DNA of 64,000 bases from Planctomycetota bacterium (GCA_022711755.1 JAKLEA010000002.1:325214-389213); one strand, 5' to 3'; positions 1 through 9,956 are shown, numbered from the stretch's first letter. Numbers and translations are program-made. Notes: generated by a model from the sequence alone, not told the origin.

Positions 1-295
1 GAGTCATGCAAACGCGGCTTCCATCCTTCTTATTGGAAGCTGATACTTTAATCTGCGAGGATTTTACCAGGACGATATTGCGCTTGCCGTAGGTGGCTCC
101 GGTGGAGACCTGAAGGCCGTCCACAATACAGCTTTGCGGCGGACAGTCCGCGCATTCGACGGCAATTTCAATTCCGAAGTGTCTTTGAGCGGAAAGCAGA
201 GAAACGGCCTTTAGTCCCATGCGCAGGCCGATCATGGCGTAAGGTCCAAGGTGGCCGTGAAACGCGATAAGCCTGTCAATGTCTTCCATGTTCAT
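1..295 (-). CDS. FmdE/FwdE-family protein (partial; continues beyond the window start)
   Basis: Minus-strand translation from ATG 295..293 reads MNMEDIDRLIAFHGHLGPYAMIGLRMGLKA...ECADCPPQSC...TGATYGKRNIV. The HGHxGP...G.RMG motif plus the Cys cluster is typical of FwdE-like proteins. AAGGAG RBS upstream. Below the 60-aa track cutoff and truncated by the window edge. Confidence 0.5.
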   Translation of the reverse strand, partial: MNMEDIDRLIAFHGHLGPYAMIGLRMGLKAVSLLSAQRHFGIEIAVECADCPPQSCIVDGLQVSTGATYGKRNIVLVKSSQIKVSASNKKDGSRVCMT

Positions 296-335
296 CAGGT
301 TGCTCCTTGCAAGGTCATTGCCGATTTGCGCCGGT

Positions 336-1136
336 TTATTCATGGCGCAATTTCTTGATGCATGCCGCAACCCCCAGGATGGCGCAGGCCAGCATGCAGA
401 TGCAGGCTCCGACCGGCGCTTCAGCGGCGTATGAGATCAGGAATCCACCCGCCCCGCTGACAGCTCCAAGCAGGGCAGCGGTCACTGTCGTCCTGACGTA
501 TCCGTGGCAAATCTGGTAAGCGGCAGCGGCGGGGCACGTGATAAGGCTGAAGAGCATCAAGCCTCCAACCAGGTTGATGTTAATCGCAATCATTCCGGCA
601 GTCACGGAGAGAAAGACACACCATACGAAGCCTTCATGAATTCCGGAGGCTGCGGCCAGCGCCCGGCTGTGCAGCATCGCGCGCAGTTCCTTGTCGAAAA
701 GCGCGGCAATGACGAGAACGCCAAGAGACGTGGCGCAGACGGCGACCGCCTGCGGCCATGAGACGAACAGAACCGAACCCCAGAGGAGGTCGAGCATGGG
801 CGTCCTGGCGTTAGGGGAAAGCCCGATGCCGAGGAAGGTGAGTCCCATCATGAAGGAGAACGCCGCGCTCATGACCATGTCGGCCTGCTCGAAGGAACGG
901 CGCGGGCTGGCCGCTGCGATTGCGGCGGCGCTGATCATGCTCAAGGCCAGCGCGCTGAACAACGGAGGCCATCCGGCGATTACTCCGAGCACCGCGCCAG
1001 CCATGGCGGCGTGGGAGATGAAGACGCCGATGAAGGGTATGCGCATCCCGACCACGTAGACACCGAGAAGCCCGCATCCCGCGCCCCCCGCCGTCGCCGC
1101 CAGCAGGACCGGATGGAAGTATGAATCCACTATCAT
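336..1136 (-). CDS. Metal ABC transporter permease (ABC-3 family, ZnuB/MntB-type)
   Basis: Polytopic membrane protein with ABC-3 permease-like sequence. Start MIVDSYFHP chosen at 1136, overlapping the ATPase stop (ATGA). Confidence 0.8.
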   Translation of the reverse strand: MIVDSYFHPVLLAATAGGAGCGLLGVYVVGMRIPFIGVFISHAAMAGAVLGVIAGWPPLFSALALSMISAAAIAAASPRRSFEQADMVMSAAFSFMMGLTFLGIGLSPNARTPMLDLLWGSVLFVSWPQAVAVCATSLGVLVIAALFDKELRAMLHSRALAAASGIHEGFVWCVFLSVTAGMIAININLVGGLMLFSLITCPAAAAYQICHGYVRTTVTAALLGAVSGAGGFLISYAAEAPVGACICMLACAILGVAACIKKLRHE

Positions 1137-1942
1137 CCTCCAGACGCGCAGGCGGGTGGGCCGGAGGAGAAGGCATGACGCCGCCCGTCGCAGATGGTCA
1201 CATGAACGGGACAGGAAAAGAGGAGCGAGAGTTTTTCCGGAGTAAGAACGTCGCGGGGCGGCCCCAGCGCGGTGATGCGCCCGCCGCTCATAAGCCCGAC
1301 GATGCCGCAACCAGCCGGCAGCAGGCCGGTCTCGTGCGATACCATGACGACCGTCATCGGGACGGAGCGATAAAGCTCGTCTATCAGCAGGACAACTCTT
1401 TCCTTCCAGTCCATATCAAGGTTGGCCGTCGGCTCATCCAGTAGGAGCAGATCGGGACATTGCGTCATGGCCCTGGCGATGAGAACCTTTCGCTGCTCGC
1501 CGCCGGACAACGTACGGAACATCCTTCCGGCCAGGGGGAGCAGATCGAGGCGTTCCATCCAGGCATTCACGACGGCGCGATCTTCGGCCCCCAGTCTTCG
1601 CACGAGGCCCCGGATTCCGGCGCGCCCTCCTTCAATGACCTCTCGCGCGGTGAAGGGCATGTCGCAGTTTGCCGGCGGGGATTGCGCAACGTAGCCGATG
1701 CGGCAGCGCAGGTTCGAGCGTTTCCATGCGGAGAGATCGCCGGTTCTGCGCTCCAATACTTCGACCCGTCCATCGGACGGGAGACATAACGCCGCGCAAA
1801 GGTCGAGAAATGTGCTCTTGCCGGCCCCGTTTGGGCCGACTATTCCGAGGAACTGTCCGGCGTCGAGCGCAAACTCCGGGACATCAAGGATGACTTTGCC
1901 CCTTCGGCGCACTGCGACGCCTTTCATGCGAAGGCATTTCAT
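1133..1942 (-). CDS. Metal ABC transporter ATP-binding protein (ZnuC-type)
   Basis: Walker A GPNGAGKST, ABC signature LSGGEQRKV, Walker B LLLLDEPTANLD. Start at 1942 overlaps the upstream SBP stop (ATGA). Confidence 0.85.
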   Translation of the reverse strand: MKCLRMKGVAVRRRGKVILDVPEFALDAGQFLGIVGPNGAGKSTFLDLCAALCLPSDGRVEVLERRTGDLSAWKRSNLRCRIGYVAQSPPANCDMPFTAREVIEGGRAGIRGLVRRLGAEDRAVVNAWMERLDLLPLAGRMFRTLSGGEQRKVLIARAMTQCPDLLLLDEPTANLDMDWKERVVLLIDELYRSVPMTVVMVSHETGLLPAGCGIVGLMSGGRITALGPPRDVLTPEKLSLLFSCPVHVTICDGRRHAFSSGPPACASGG

Positions 1943-2868
1943 TGCGACTTCCGGCATCGGAGAAGTTCCTGCACGTTTGCGCGAACGAGGTCGTCAAAAG
2001 TTTTCTGCCGCTCGTCCATGGCTGGGAAGTTGCTGAGCACGGCTACGGGGACGCCCAGACGCGGGGCAAGAGCATCCGCGAATCTGCGCCCCTGCTGAAG
2101 ATTGGCGACGATAAGATGCGCCGGAGCCTTCTCTGCCTCGTCCAGAATGGCTTTGACCTCACTTATATCCGCCTCCGCCCCTGAGTCGAAAGTTGCGGCG
2201 ACAGACATGCCCAGCCAGCGGCAGAAATCGGCCTGGTGATTTGAGCAGAAAACCCTTAGCTCCGAGAATTTGCTTTCCTCGGCTGTTTTCCTGCATTCGT
2301 TACTTAGCGCCGCCATCCTTGTTCTTAGGCTGTTCAGGTTGGCGGCGATGCCATTTTCTGAAACAATGCCTGAACGAATAAGCGCCTCAGCAGTCTGTTC
2401 GCAGGCCTTTTCATAAGTGGCCGGCGCTGAAAGGCCGCCCGGCGCTGAGATTGCCTCCACGCGAAGTCCGGCGCTTTTAAGGCGATCAAGCTTCACGTCA
2501 AGACCGGACTGGAAATCGAAACGCAGCAACAGGGCGCAGCCCGCCAGCATGGTCACATCGGTCGGAGATAGGTCGAAGTGACCGGGGCAACCGCCGGGGG
2601 GCATGATGCGCCTTATCACGACCTTTGGGCCTGCGATGTCCCGGGCCGCGCATTCAAGCCAGCTTGTGGTGACGCTGACGGCGATTTGCTGCTTTTGCGC
2701 CGCCTCCCTGCTACATCCCAGGATGCATGGCGAAAGGAGAAAAGAGAAAACTACAACGACGGCGGCAAGGTTTAGAGCGCGGGTACGCTTTCGATTCAAG
2801 TTACAGCCTCCTTGAGCCGTCCGACCGGCGTCCGCCCGGTCCCGGCGGGATTTCATTTTGCGGCCCAT
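1939..2868 (-). CDS. Metal ABC transporter substrate-binding lipoprotein (ZnuA/TroA family)
   Basis: Lipoprotein-like signal (RKRTRALNLAAVVVVFSFLLSPCILGC). Body resembles cluster-9 metal SBPs. First gene of the znuABC-like operon. Exact start uncertain. Confidence 0.7.
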   Translation of the reverse strand: MGRKMKSRRDRADAGRTAQGGCNLNRKRTRALNLAAVVVVFSFLLSPCILGCSREAAQKQQIAVSVTTSWLECAARDIAGPKVVIRRIMPPGGCPGHFDLSPTDVTMLAGCALLLRFDFQSGLDVKLDRLKSAGLRVEAISAPGGLSAPATYEKACEQTAEALIRSGIVSENGIAANLNSLRTRMAALSNECRKTAEESKFSELRVFCSNHQADFCRWLGMSVAATFDSGAEADISEVKAILDEAEKAPAHLIVANLQQGRRFADALAPRLGVPVAVLSNFPAMDERQKTFDDLVRANVQELLRCRKSQ

Positions 2869-3530
2869 GCGTCCGACCTGATGTAATCGTTTCCGTTGTA
2901 GGCGTGGCAGATGATGCCTCTGCGCTTTTCCTGATGCGGTTGCCAGTTTTCATCATACCATTTGACAGTAGTCCGGGCAGGGTACCAATAACTTCGCTGT
3001 AGGGGGAAGTTCAGGATATCGTAGTTGACGTATGGAATGGGGATGCACCCGTCCGGGCCGACGCTCCAGACTGCGTATTTAACAGGACATTCGCGCTCAT
3101 CATAGTACTTTTTTCCTTTTATGCTGTCTCCGTCCGGAAAGTTTTCGGGGACGAATGTCCCCCTGCTGCTGGCGGTGTCTCCGAACCAGCCGAATCCGGG
3201 ATGTTCGTATTTGTAGGTATAACCGGGATTGAAAGGATCCTCGCGCATCTGTGACAGGTAGCCGCCCTCCTTCAACTCAGGGGGGAGCTTGCAATGCTCG
3301 TTGCCGAGCGCGCAACCGAAGTGACAAGGCGGATATTTCGTCTTTTCGCCCATCCTATCGTCGGCGTACATTTCCAGCGCAAGCTCAATCTGGCGCAGAT
3401 CGCAGTGCACGGCGGAAATGCGGGCCGCGAGCCTCGCCCGCATCAAGGTCGGCGTCAGGATGGCGGACAATATGCTTATGACGGCTATGACCACCAGTAA
3501 CTCAATTATAGTGAATCCGCTATGTCTCAA
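2853..3530 (-). CDS. Prepilin-type N-terminal cleavage/methylation domain protein (H-X9-DG/DUF1559-like pseudopilin)
   Basis: N-terminus MRHSGFTIIELLVVIAVISILSAIL is a classic type IV prepilin leader plus hydrophobic helix. Family is abundant in PVC bacteria. Confidence 0.8.
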   Translation of the reverse strand: MRHSGFTIIELLVVIAVISILSAILTPTLMRARLAARISAVHCDLRQIELALEMYADDRMGEKTKYPPCHFGCALGNEHCKLPPELKEGGYLSQMREDPFNPGYTYKYEHPGFGWFGDTASSRGTFVPENFPDGDSIKGKKYYDERECPVKYAVWSVGPDGCIPIPYVNYDILNFPLQRSYWYPARTTVKWYDENWQPHQEKRRGIICHAYNGNDYIRSDAWAAK

Positions 3531-3612
3531 GTCCGTTTTGCCTGTTCCCGTTAAATTGGCATGCGGGACGGACGGGCAAGGCCAGTCCGCCCCGCGGCGA
3601 AGGAGGCAACTT

Positions 3613-4509
3613 CTATTTCGCGGCTTTCCTGCGGCTCAACGCTACAACCGCCAACCCGGCGGCCATCAGCGCAAACGCTCCTGGTTCCGGAACGACGTAT
3701 ACCTGGTCCTTGATCCAGAGGCGATAATCCCCGGTGAAGGGGGACGTCAGATCCTCCTGGTCGAATATCCCTATCGCGTCAAAGGCTCCGACCGGGGCTG
3801 TGTCGAATGTCCCCAAGCCCGACAACAGCAGATTCATTGTGTGTGTTCCGCCGTCGTCGCTGACCACTACGGTCTGGCCCGAAGCCCAGGTTCCGCTGAT
3901 GATGCTCAGGTCGTTCAGACGGGACCATTGCGCCTGATACAACTCGCCGCCGGTTGCTCGCGTTTCGTCAAAGGAGTCGCACGCGTCAACGCTGGGGATC
4001 ACTATCGGGGCCGGCAGTCCGACGTCAGCGGCCAGCAACGTGATTGTGAAGTCCATTGCCGGATCTCCGGTATGACGCTCATTGATGGTAGTTTTTCCCC
4101 TATTGTTGGCTATGTAACCCTCGATGCGGATCAGGTCGCCTTCCTTCCATCCCGTTGAGAGTCTAACATATTCCGCCATCCATTCCGGAGAGCCGGGACC
4201 GCCCTGGTAAAAGCTGCCTGCCCAGGCCGCAATCCCGCCGGAATCAGGGCCGACGCCCTGAACGTAGACCTGGAACTGCACGGTCGGATCAAGGTAATCA
4301 TCCGAGTCGTTCAGGGCAATTCCTTCAATGCGGATCATTGTCGTGCCGCTTCCGATATATGGGTTCGTGCCCAGACCGGTGGAGTTGACGGTCTGCGTAT
4401 CCCAGATGTCCTGGTTGACAACGTCCGCGCCGGTAATTGAAGCCAGTGCAATTACAAGAAACGCCGCCAGCGCAAATGCATTGCTTTTTCTGAGAACCGC
4501 CTTAATCAT
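3613..4509 (-). CDS. PEP-CTERM sorting domain-containing secreted protein
   Basis: N-terminal signal peptide. C-terminus VPEPGAFALMAAGLAVVALSRRKAAK gives the PEP motif, a TM helix and a basic tail. Confidence 0.8.
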   Translation of the reverse strand: MIKAVLRKSNAFALAAFLVIALASITGADVVNQDIWDTQTVNSTGLGTNPYIGSGTTMIRIEGIALNDSDDYLDPTVQFQVYVQGVGPDSGGIAAWAGSFYQGGPGSPEWMAEYVRLSTGWKEGDLIRIEGYIANNRGKTTINERHTGDPAMDFTITLLAADVGLPAPIVIPSVDACDSFDETRATGGELYQAQWSRLNDLSIISGTWASGQTVVVSDDGGTHTMNLLLSGLGTFDTAPVGAFDAIGIFDQEDLTSPFTGDYRLWIKDQVYVVPEPGAFALMAAGLAVVALSRRKAAK

Positions 4510-4606
4510 GACGTCCGTCCTTTCCCGACAATGCAGTCAAGTGTGATGCCAGCAGCGCCGGTCATAGCGGCGTTGCCGACGAAACCCGGAAAGCGTAATA
4601 CGTATG

Positions 4607-4635
4607 ATATTATCGTGATACTTATTACGTGTCAA
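4607..4635 (-). promoter_or_regulatory. Sigma70-type promoter for the PEP-CTERM gene (-35 TTGACA, 17-nt spacer, -10 TAATAT)
   Basis: Minus-strand sequence reads TTGACA-cgtaataagtatcacga-TAATAT in an AT-rich island about 90 nt upstream of start 4509. Confidence 0.55.
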
Positions 4636-4727
4636 GCGACTGATAAAGAATTAATAAAATGGACTGAAATTAGGCGGCTGCCGCTCGTCCTGATGCCGAA
4701 AAACGGTTCACATTGCCGGGAGAGAAA

Positions 4728-6107
4728 CTACCAGCCGTAGCGCTCCGGCCCCCATTTCTTGCGGATCAGCTCCTGTTTGACGTAGACGCATGTCCCGTCC
4801 GGAACGTCCTCGTTCAGGATGGTTCCCGGGCCGATCACCGAATATGGCCCGACCTTCACCCCCGGCAGAAGAATGACATTCACGCCCGTGCGGCAGTAAT
4901 CCCCCAGGAATGATGCGTTTCCGGCGGGGTGCAGCGCCTCCTTGTGTCCGGCGATGATGTGCTGCGTATCAAGGTCGTCGAAACGCAGCGTTCCGCAGAC
5001 CGTGGCGGCGCCGAGGTCGGTGTTCTGCCCGATGACGCCCCAGTATTCTCCGTAATGATAGGCGTATGACTTGCGGAACATCACGCCGTCAACTTCCGTG
5101 CAGTGGCCCGCGTAGCATTCGTCCCCCAGGGACGTCCCGCCGCTTATCTGGCAATAGCGCTTCACGGTGCATCCCCTGCCGATGGCCGTGCGCCCGTCAA
5201 CCATCGCTCCTTCGGTTATCCGGCTGCCGTCCCCAACCCATACGCAGTCGCCCAGACGGACGTTCTTGCCGATGACGACGTTCTCGCCCAGGATGATTTT
5301 GCCATCTATCTCGGCGCTGTCGTGAATCTTCGCCGAAGCGGGGATGATGCTCTTCTCGACCCGTTCCGCGGCGTAATTGAGGTAACGCTCGTTGGCCTCC
5401 ATGATGTGCCAGGGTTTGTCAAGGTCCACGCAGTGATGCTTCGCCTCCACAGCGGCGACTTCCATGCCGTCCTGGATGGCTACGTTGACGGATTCTCCCA
5501 GTTCGCAGAGCGTGGGGGACATCATGCCGACCTCGATGCCGTGCATGACGCCGGGATTGCGCTCAAGACAGGAGAAGAACCGGCGGTCGAAGCAGAACGC
5601 GCCGGCGATTCTGTGCGATCCGTTGCGGGGATGCCCGCGAACCTCGCGCGTCGCGCCGGAACCGGGACTGACGCAGAGCCAGTCGTTGGAGCGCTCATAC
5701 TCAGGCAGTTTCGCCGTAAGGAGCGCCGCGCCGGGCTTACCCTCGTCGAAGGCCGTTATCAGCGCCCGGAGGTCTTCCTCGGCGATCAGGCAGTCGCCGT
5801 AGACGACCAGCGCCTCGTTCGAGCCGGTTGTGCGCCAGCCGCTCAGAACCGCCGTGGCGGTTCCCGGGGCGGCGCTGGACTGTTCAACGAGGCACACGCC
5901 CTCGATTGCCCCGACGGCGTGGGCGATCTGTTCCCTGCGGTAGCCGACGACGACGATGATCTCGCGTATGCCGATCTTCTTCAGCGTTTCAACCGTCCGG
6001 CAGATGAGCGGCCTGGCGGCGACGGGCAGATAGGCCTTGTTTTTGGTGACCCCGTAAGGCCACATTCTTTTGCCTTCGCCGGCGGCCGGGATAATCGCGG
6101 TAATCAT
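4728..6107 (-). CDS. Sugar-phosphate nucleotidyltransferase with C-terminal left-handed beta-helix domain (GlmU/GMPP-like)
   Basis: N-terminus MITAIIPAAGEGKRMWPYG is an NTP-transferase G-x-G-x-R motif. C-terminal hexapeptide repeats (IGKNVRLGDCVWVGDGSRI...). Start 6107 chosen (AAAGGA RBS). The ORF is open to 6173. Confidence 0.7.
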   Translation of the reverse strand: MITAIIPAAGEGKRMWPYGVTKNKAYLPVAARPLICRTVETLKKIGIREIIVVVGYRREQIAHAVGAIEGVCLVEQSSAAPGTATAVLSGWRTTGSNEALVVYGDCLIAEEDLRALITAFDEGKPGAALLTAKLPEYERSNDWLCVSPGSGATREVRGHPRNGSHRIAGAFCFDRRFFSCLERNPGVMHGIEVGMMSPTLCELGESVNVAIQDGMEVAAVEAKHHCVDLDKPWHIMEANERYLNYAAERVEKSIIPASAKIHDSAEIDGKIILGENVVIGKNVRLGDCVWVGDGSRITEGAMVDGRTAIGRGCTVKRYCQISGGTSLGDECYAGHCTEVDGVMFRKSYAYHYGEYWGVIGQNTDLGAATVCGTLRFDDLDTQHIIAGHKEALHPAGNASFLGDYCRTGVNVILLPGVKVGPYSVIGPGTILNEDVPDGTCVYVKQELIRKKWGPERYGW

Positions 6108-6191
6108 CGCGCGTGTTCCTTTCTCGCCATCCGTTGCAGGGGCGCATTGCGCCGCGCGCCTGTCTGTGGTCACAATACAAGTATTTCCAGC

Positions 6192-7424
6192 CTACTTCTT
6201 CTTTACGACGGCGCTTTTCAGTTCCGGCAGGTTGTCGCGGACCTTCTTCATCGCGTTCGCGATGTCGTCCATGTCCTTCTCGTCGGCAAGCAACGTGGAC
6301 TGGTAGAGCCAGCATCCCGTCTCGTTGCAGACCTTCTCGCAACCCGGCAGTCTGATGTCTCCGTATTTCGCGCCTGCCGCCCACGGATACTCCGCCGGAT
6401 CAAGCTGCATGAAGCCTTCTTTGTAGAGCGGAACGTAACCTGTGCCGCAGTCAATGCCCTCGGCGTTGAGCGCGCGCAGGAAGTCATTGCGATGAACGCC
6501 GTCGAAAGCGGAGGAGTCGTAGCTGAAGATGTAGAGATGATAGCCATGCATCGTGACCTGCTTGAGCCGTTTCTGCGGCTTCAGTCCTGGGATTTCCGCG
6601 AGCCGGGAGTCCAGGTATCGCCCCATCTTCTCACGCTTTTGCGTGTCGGCGACGACGGTTTCGACCTGCGCATTCAAGACGGCCGCGGCGAAGGCGTTGG
6701 GCCTGTAGTTGGCGCCCATGTGGCGATGCTCGTACCAGCGGCCTGAGCGCACGCGCCCGCAGTTGCTGAACGTGAAGCAGAGGTCAATCAGCTCCTGATT
6801 GTCCGAGACGACCATTCCGCCCTCGCCCCCGCTCATGTTCTTGCTGGACTGGAAGCTGAACGATCCGATGTCGCCGATGGCGCCGATCCTGCGCCCCTTC
6901 CATTCGGCCATATGGGCTTGAGCGGCGTCCTCGATGATCCTGAGCCTGTGCTTTTTCGCGATCTTTTTAATCGCGTCCATGTTCGATGGCATACCGCCGA
7001 TGTGGACGGGCATGATGACCTTCGTCCTGTCGGTTATGGCCGCCTCGATCTGCTTCGGGTCAATGTTGAACGTCTCCGGGTCAACGTCAACGAAGACCGG
7101 CTTTCCGTTGGCGAGAACCACGGCGACTGCGGTGGCCATGAAGGTATATGGGGGGATGATGACCTCGTCCCCGGCCTTCAATCCGCACGCCTTCAGGGCG
7201 ACCCACAGGCTGACGGTCCCGTTGGCGACCATGAGCGCGTGTTTGGCGTTGTGAAGCTCCGCGAACTTTTTCTCGAACTCGGCGACGGCGGGGCTGCCGA
7301 TGCCCCACTTGCCGGATTTGAGGACCTTTGTTACCTCCTTAAGCATCCGCGTATTGGGCTGCGGCCAGTCCGGGAAGGGCTTCTTACGCAACTTCGGTCC
7401 GCCGTTAATAGCGAGCTTTGCCAT
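6192..7424 (-). CDS. DegT/DnrJ/EryC1/StrS-family PLP-dependent sugar aminotransferase
   Basis: Region AVAEFEKKFAELHNAKHALMVANGTVSLWVALKA... and SFQSSKNMSGGEGG (PLP Lys region) fit the DegT family. Confidence 0.8.
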   Translation of the reverse strand: MAKLAINGGPKLRKKPFPDWPQPNTRMLKEVTKVLKSGKWGIGSPAVAEFEKKFAELHNAKHALMVANGTVSLWVALKACGLKAGDEVIIPPYTFMATAVAVVLANGKPVFVDVDPETFNIDPKQIEAAITDRTKVIMPVHIGGMPSNMDAIKKIAKKHRLRIIEDAAQAHMAEWKGRRIGAIGDIGSFSFQSSKNMSGGEGGMVVSDNQELIDLCFTFSNCGRVRSGRWYEHRHMGANYRPNAFAAAVLNAQVETVVADTQKREKMGRYLDSRLAEIPGLKPQKRLKQVTMHGYHLYIFSYDSSAFDGVHRNDFLRALNAEGIDCGTGYVPLYKEGFMQLDPAEYPWAAGAKYGDIRLPGCEKVCNETGCWLYQSTLLADEKDMDDIANAMKKVRDNLPELKSAVVKKK

Positions 7425-7513
7425 TGCTGTCTCCTGTGGTAAGGCTGAATGTCTTTCCGACTCGAAGGGATTGTATTTTTTCCGGCGGGGGCGGAATCTG
7501 CAAGCGTTTTCCG

Positions 7514-9937
7514 TTATCGAAGCCCGTTGATGGCCTCCGGCAGCCAGTCCTCATCCCGCGGCGCTGCGTTCAGCGCCGCCCGAAGGTACGTCTGCGACTG
7601 GGCGTCGCGCCCCTTCATCATCCCGAGAATCTGCGAGAACCGGAAGGCCATCTCTGGAACGTTCACGCAGAGGGTTTCATACTTTGCAAGCGTCCAGTAT
7701 GCCCGGCGGACCTGCCCCTTGCGGGCAAGGGCGCGCGCGCGCGTCATGTCATATTCGAAATTTCCCGGATCAATCGCCCATGCCCGCGCGGCATAGTCTT
7801 CGGCCTGATCGTTCAAATCCCGCGAGGCTGGGGAACCGGGCGCGTGTTCGGCGAGCATAAGACAACCCCGCGCCATGGCTCCAAGCAGAAAAGGAGAACC
7901 GGGATTGTTTTTCAGTCCTTCGCGGCAGATTGCGATGGCTCCATTGGCGTCGCCGCTCTTGAGCACGACCTCGGCAAGCCATGCGCGGACCTCGTCCGGC
8001 TTCGCGCCGAGCTTTTCCCACTTCATGAACGCCGCCCGCGCCTCATCAAATCGCTTCGCGCGAAGAAGACAAAGCGCAAGTTGCCGCGACGCGCCGGCGT
8101 CATCAGGATGGCGTTTGAGATGGTCATTGAGCAGTTCGATAGCCCTGTCGGATTGGCCGGATAACCTCAGCGCATCCGCAAGGCGCGGCAGCAGCGCGGC
8201 GCGGGCCGCATCATCCCCCATGCCGGAGAGTCTTTCCAGCACCTGCGCTGCCTCGGCGTGCATGCCCAGGCCCATGCAGGCGTCAATCAGCTTGCGCACG
8301 CCCGTCGCCGGATCCTCGCCTTCCTCGCGGCAGACGACGGCCATTTCCTCGAGCTTAGCCAGCGCTTCGGCGCGGCGTCCCATCGCCAGCAGCGCCATCG
8401 CTGTCTGCGTGTACGGCTTGTCGCGTTTCAGGCTGAAGGCCGTCGCCTCCTGGAACGCGTCGCGGGCCTCTTCAAACTCCCCGCGCAGAAGATGGGCGAC
8501 GCCAAGATTTCCGAACGTGACCTGGCCGCGCGGATCATGTTTAACAACGTCGTTCCAGAAGGTCAGCGCGTCGCGCCAGACGATCTGCCTTTCGAGGGAC
8601 GCGATGAAAAGGATTCCAATCAGGATTCCCGGCGAGAGCAGTCCGAATACGGCAAGGGGATGTTTTCGGGTTGCGCTCCATGAGGAGAGCCGGACCAGCG
8701 CGCAGCCGGCCAGAACCGAGACGGCGATGCCTGGGAGGTAGGTATAACGGTCCGCGAACGGGCGCGCGGTGGGGATGATCTGGATCATCGGGGAGAGGCC
8801 GACGATAAAGAACGCCATGCAGCAGGAAACCCACGGCGCGCGCCGCAGCGAAGCGATTCCTGCCGCGGCAAAGCATATCGCGCCAAGCAGAGAAAGCGCG
8901 TAGATCCCGCGACCGAAGGCTCCGCCCTTTTCCCCCGGGGGCAGTTCCCTCCATAATCGGACCGGTTCGGGGACGTTGTAGACTCCGCTTAAGTTCATGG
9001 GGCATATCATCTTGAGCGAATGAAAGGAAACGCTGAAGGCCGGCAGCAGGATTTTCGGGGGGAGGGTTCCGGTGAATTTCCGATCAATGACGCCGGAGGC
9101 GGATTGCGCCCTGAACATGGCGACGCCGAAGAATGTGGATGCGATGAGCATCGGCAGGATGGCGGCAATCCCGACGCGAATTTCCCGCGCAAACCGGGGA
9201 AACCACGCGCCAACCGGAGACGGGGCTTTTGCGTTCACGCCGCCATTATCCGGGGGAAAGACGGCGCGGAAGGCGTCAATCAGGACGATCATGAGCGGCC
9301 ACGGGCAGACCGTCGCCTTTGCGCCAAGCGCGAGAACGAACAGCATGACGCTCAGCCAGTATCGCGGCGCTCGGAACATCGAAATCAGCCCGGCTGATCG
9401 GGCGCGCGAATTCAGATAGACCAACGCCGACAGCAGACAGAAAAATGCGCTGAGGACGTCCTTCAACTCGGCTATCCATGCGACCGATTCAACTCGCAAG
9501 GGGTGAACGGCCCACAGGAGCGCTCCGACCAACGCCCCCCCCCGCGCAACGCCGATCTTCAGGCACAGCCTGAAAACGAGCCATGCGTTGATCGCGTGAA
9601 GCAGGGCATTGAAGGCGTGATATCCCGCCGGAAACGGCCCCCATATCGCATACTGCGCGCGGAAGGCAAGCCACAACGTTGGCGCGTAGTAACCGTGGTT
9701 CGGCTTGGTCAGCGCCTTGACGATCCATTCCGAACCGGGGACTACGACCATGAGATTCTGAATGACAAAACCAGTGTCATCCCAACCCGTATAATCGAAG
9801 GAGACAGTCCGGGCGAACAGAAGCAGCGGGGCGATGAAGACGAGGAGTTCCGCTGCGCGACGGTGAGCGAGGAAACGGCTCCAGACGCCCCCGGCGTCGG
9901 TCGGCTCAGGCTCGTTCCGGGAGGAAAGGCCGTTCAT
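7514..9937 (-). CDS. Membrane GT-C-like (PMT/TMTC-like) domain fused to C-terminal TPR repeats
   Basis: N-terminal half has many TM helices and a conserved IPTARPFADRYTYLPGI block. C-terminal half is TPR-rich. Paralogous to the downstream gene. Confidence 0.55.
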   Translation of the reverse strand: MNGLSSRNEPEPTDAGGVWSRFLAHRRAAELLVFIAPLLLFARTVSFDYTGWDDTGFVIQNLMVVVPGSEWIVKALTKPNHGYYAPTLWLAFRAQYAIWGPFPAGYHAFNALLHAINAWLVFRLCLKIGVARGGALVGALLWAVHPLRVESVAWIAELKDVLSAFFCLLSALVYLNSRARSAGLISMFRAPRYWLSVMLFVLALGAKATVCPWPLMIVLIDAFRAVFPPDNGGVNAKAPSPVGAWFPRFAREIRVGIAAILPMLIASTFFGVAMFRAQSASGVIDRKFTGTLPPKILLPAFSVSFHSLKMICPMNLSGVYNVPEPVRLWRELPPGEKGGAFGRGIYALSLLGAICFAAAGIASLRRAPWVSCCMAFFIVGLSPMIQIIPTARPFADRYTYLPGIAVSVLAGCALVRLSSWSATRKHPLAVFGLLSPGILIGILFIASLERQIVWRDALTFWNDVVKHDPRGQVTFGNLGVAHLLRGEFEEARDAFQEATAFSLKRDKPYTQTAMALLAMGRRAEALAKLEEMAVVCREEGEDPATGVRKLIDACMGLGMHAEAAQVLERLSGMGDDAARAALLPRLADALRLSGQSDRAIELLNDHLKRHPDDAGASRQLALCLLRAKRFDEARAAFMKWEKLGAKPDEVRAWLAEVVLKSGDANGAIAICREGLKNNPGSPFLLGAMARGCLMLAEHAPGSPASRDLNDQAEDYAARAWAIDPGNFEYDMTRARALARKGQVRRAYWTLAKYETLCVNVPEMAFRFSQILGMMKGRDAQSQTYLRAALNAAPRDEDWLPEAINGLR

Positions 9938-9956
9938 TGTGGATGGTTGTTACCGG

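Noticed and set aside
5103-6746. Long antisense or alternative-frame ORFs in the track (for example 5103..6746 +, 7875..8741 +, 23711..24580 -, 16559..17596 +, 35513..36370 -)
   Set aside because: They overlap well-supported genes on the opposite strand or in another frame. They have low-complexity Arg/Ala/Pro-rich translations typical of high-GC spurious ORFs, and no RBS or domain signatures.
9535-9543. C/G homopolymer tracts of 9-10 nt (also 24787-24796, 30644-30652, 31257-31265, 62669-62677) considered as slipped-strand phase-variation sites
   Set aside because: At about 63% GC, roughly five G/C runs of 9 or more are expected by chance in 64 kb. Most fall within ordinary coding sequence, with no association to surface-variable genes beyond chance.
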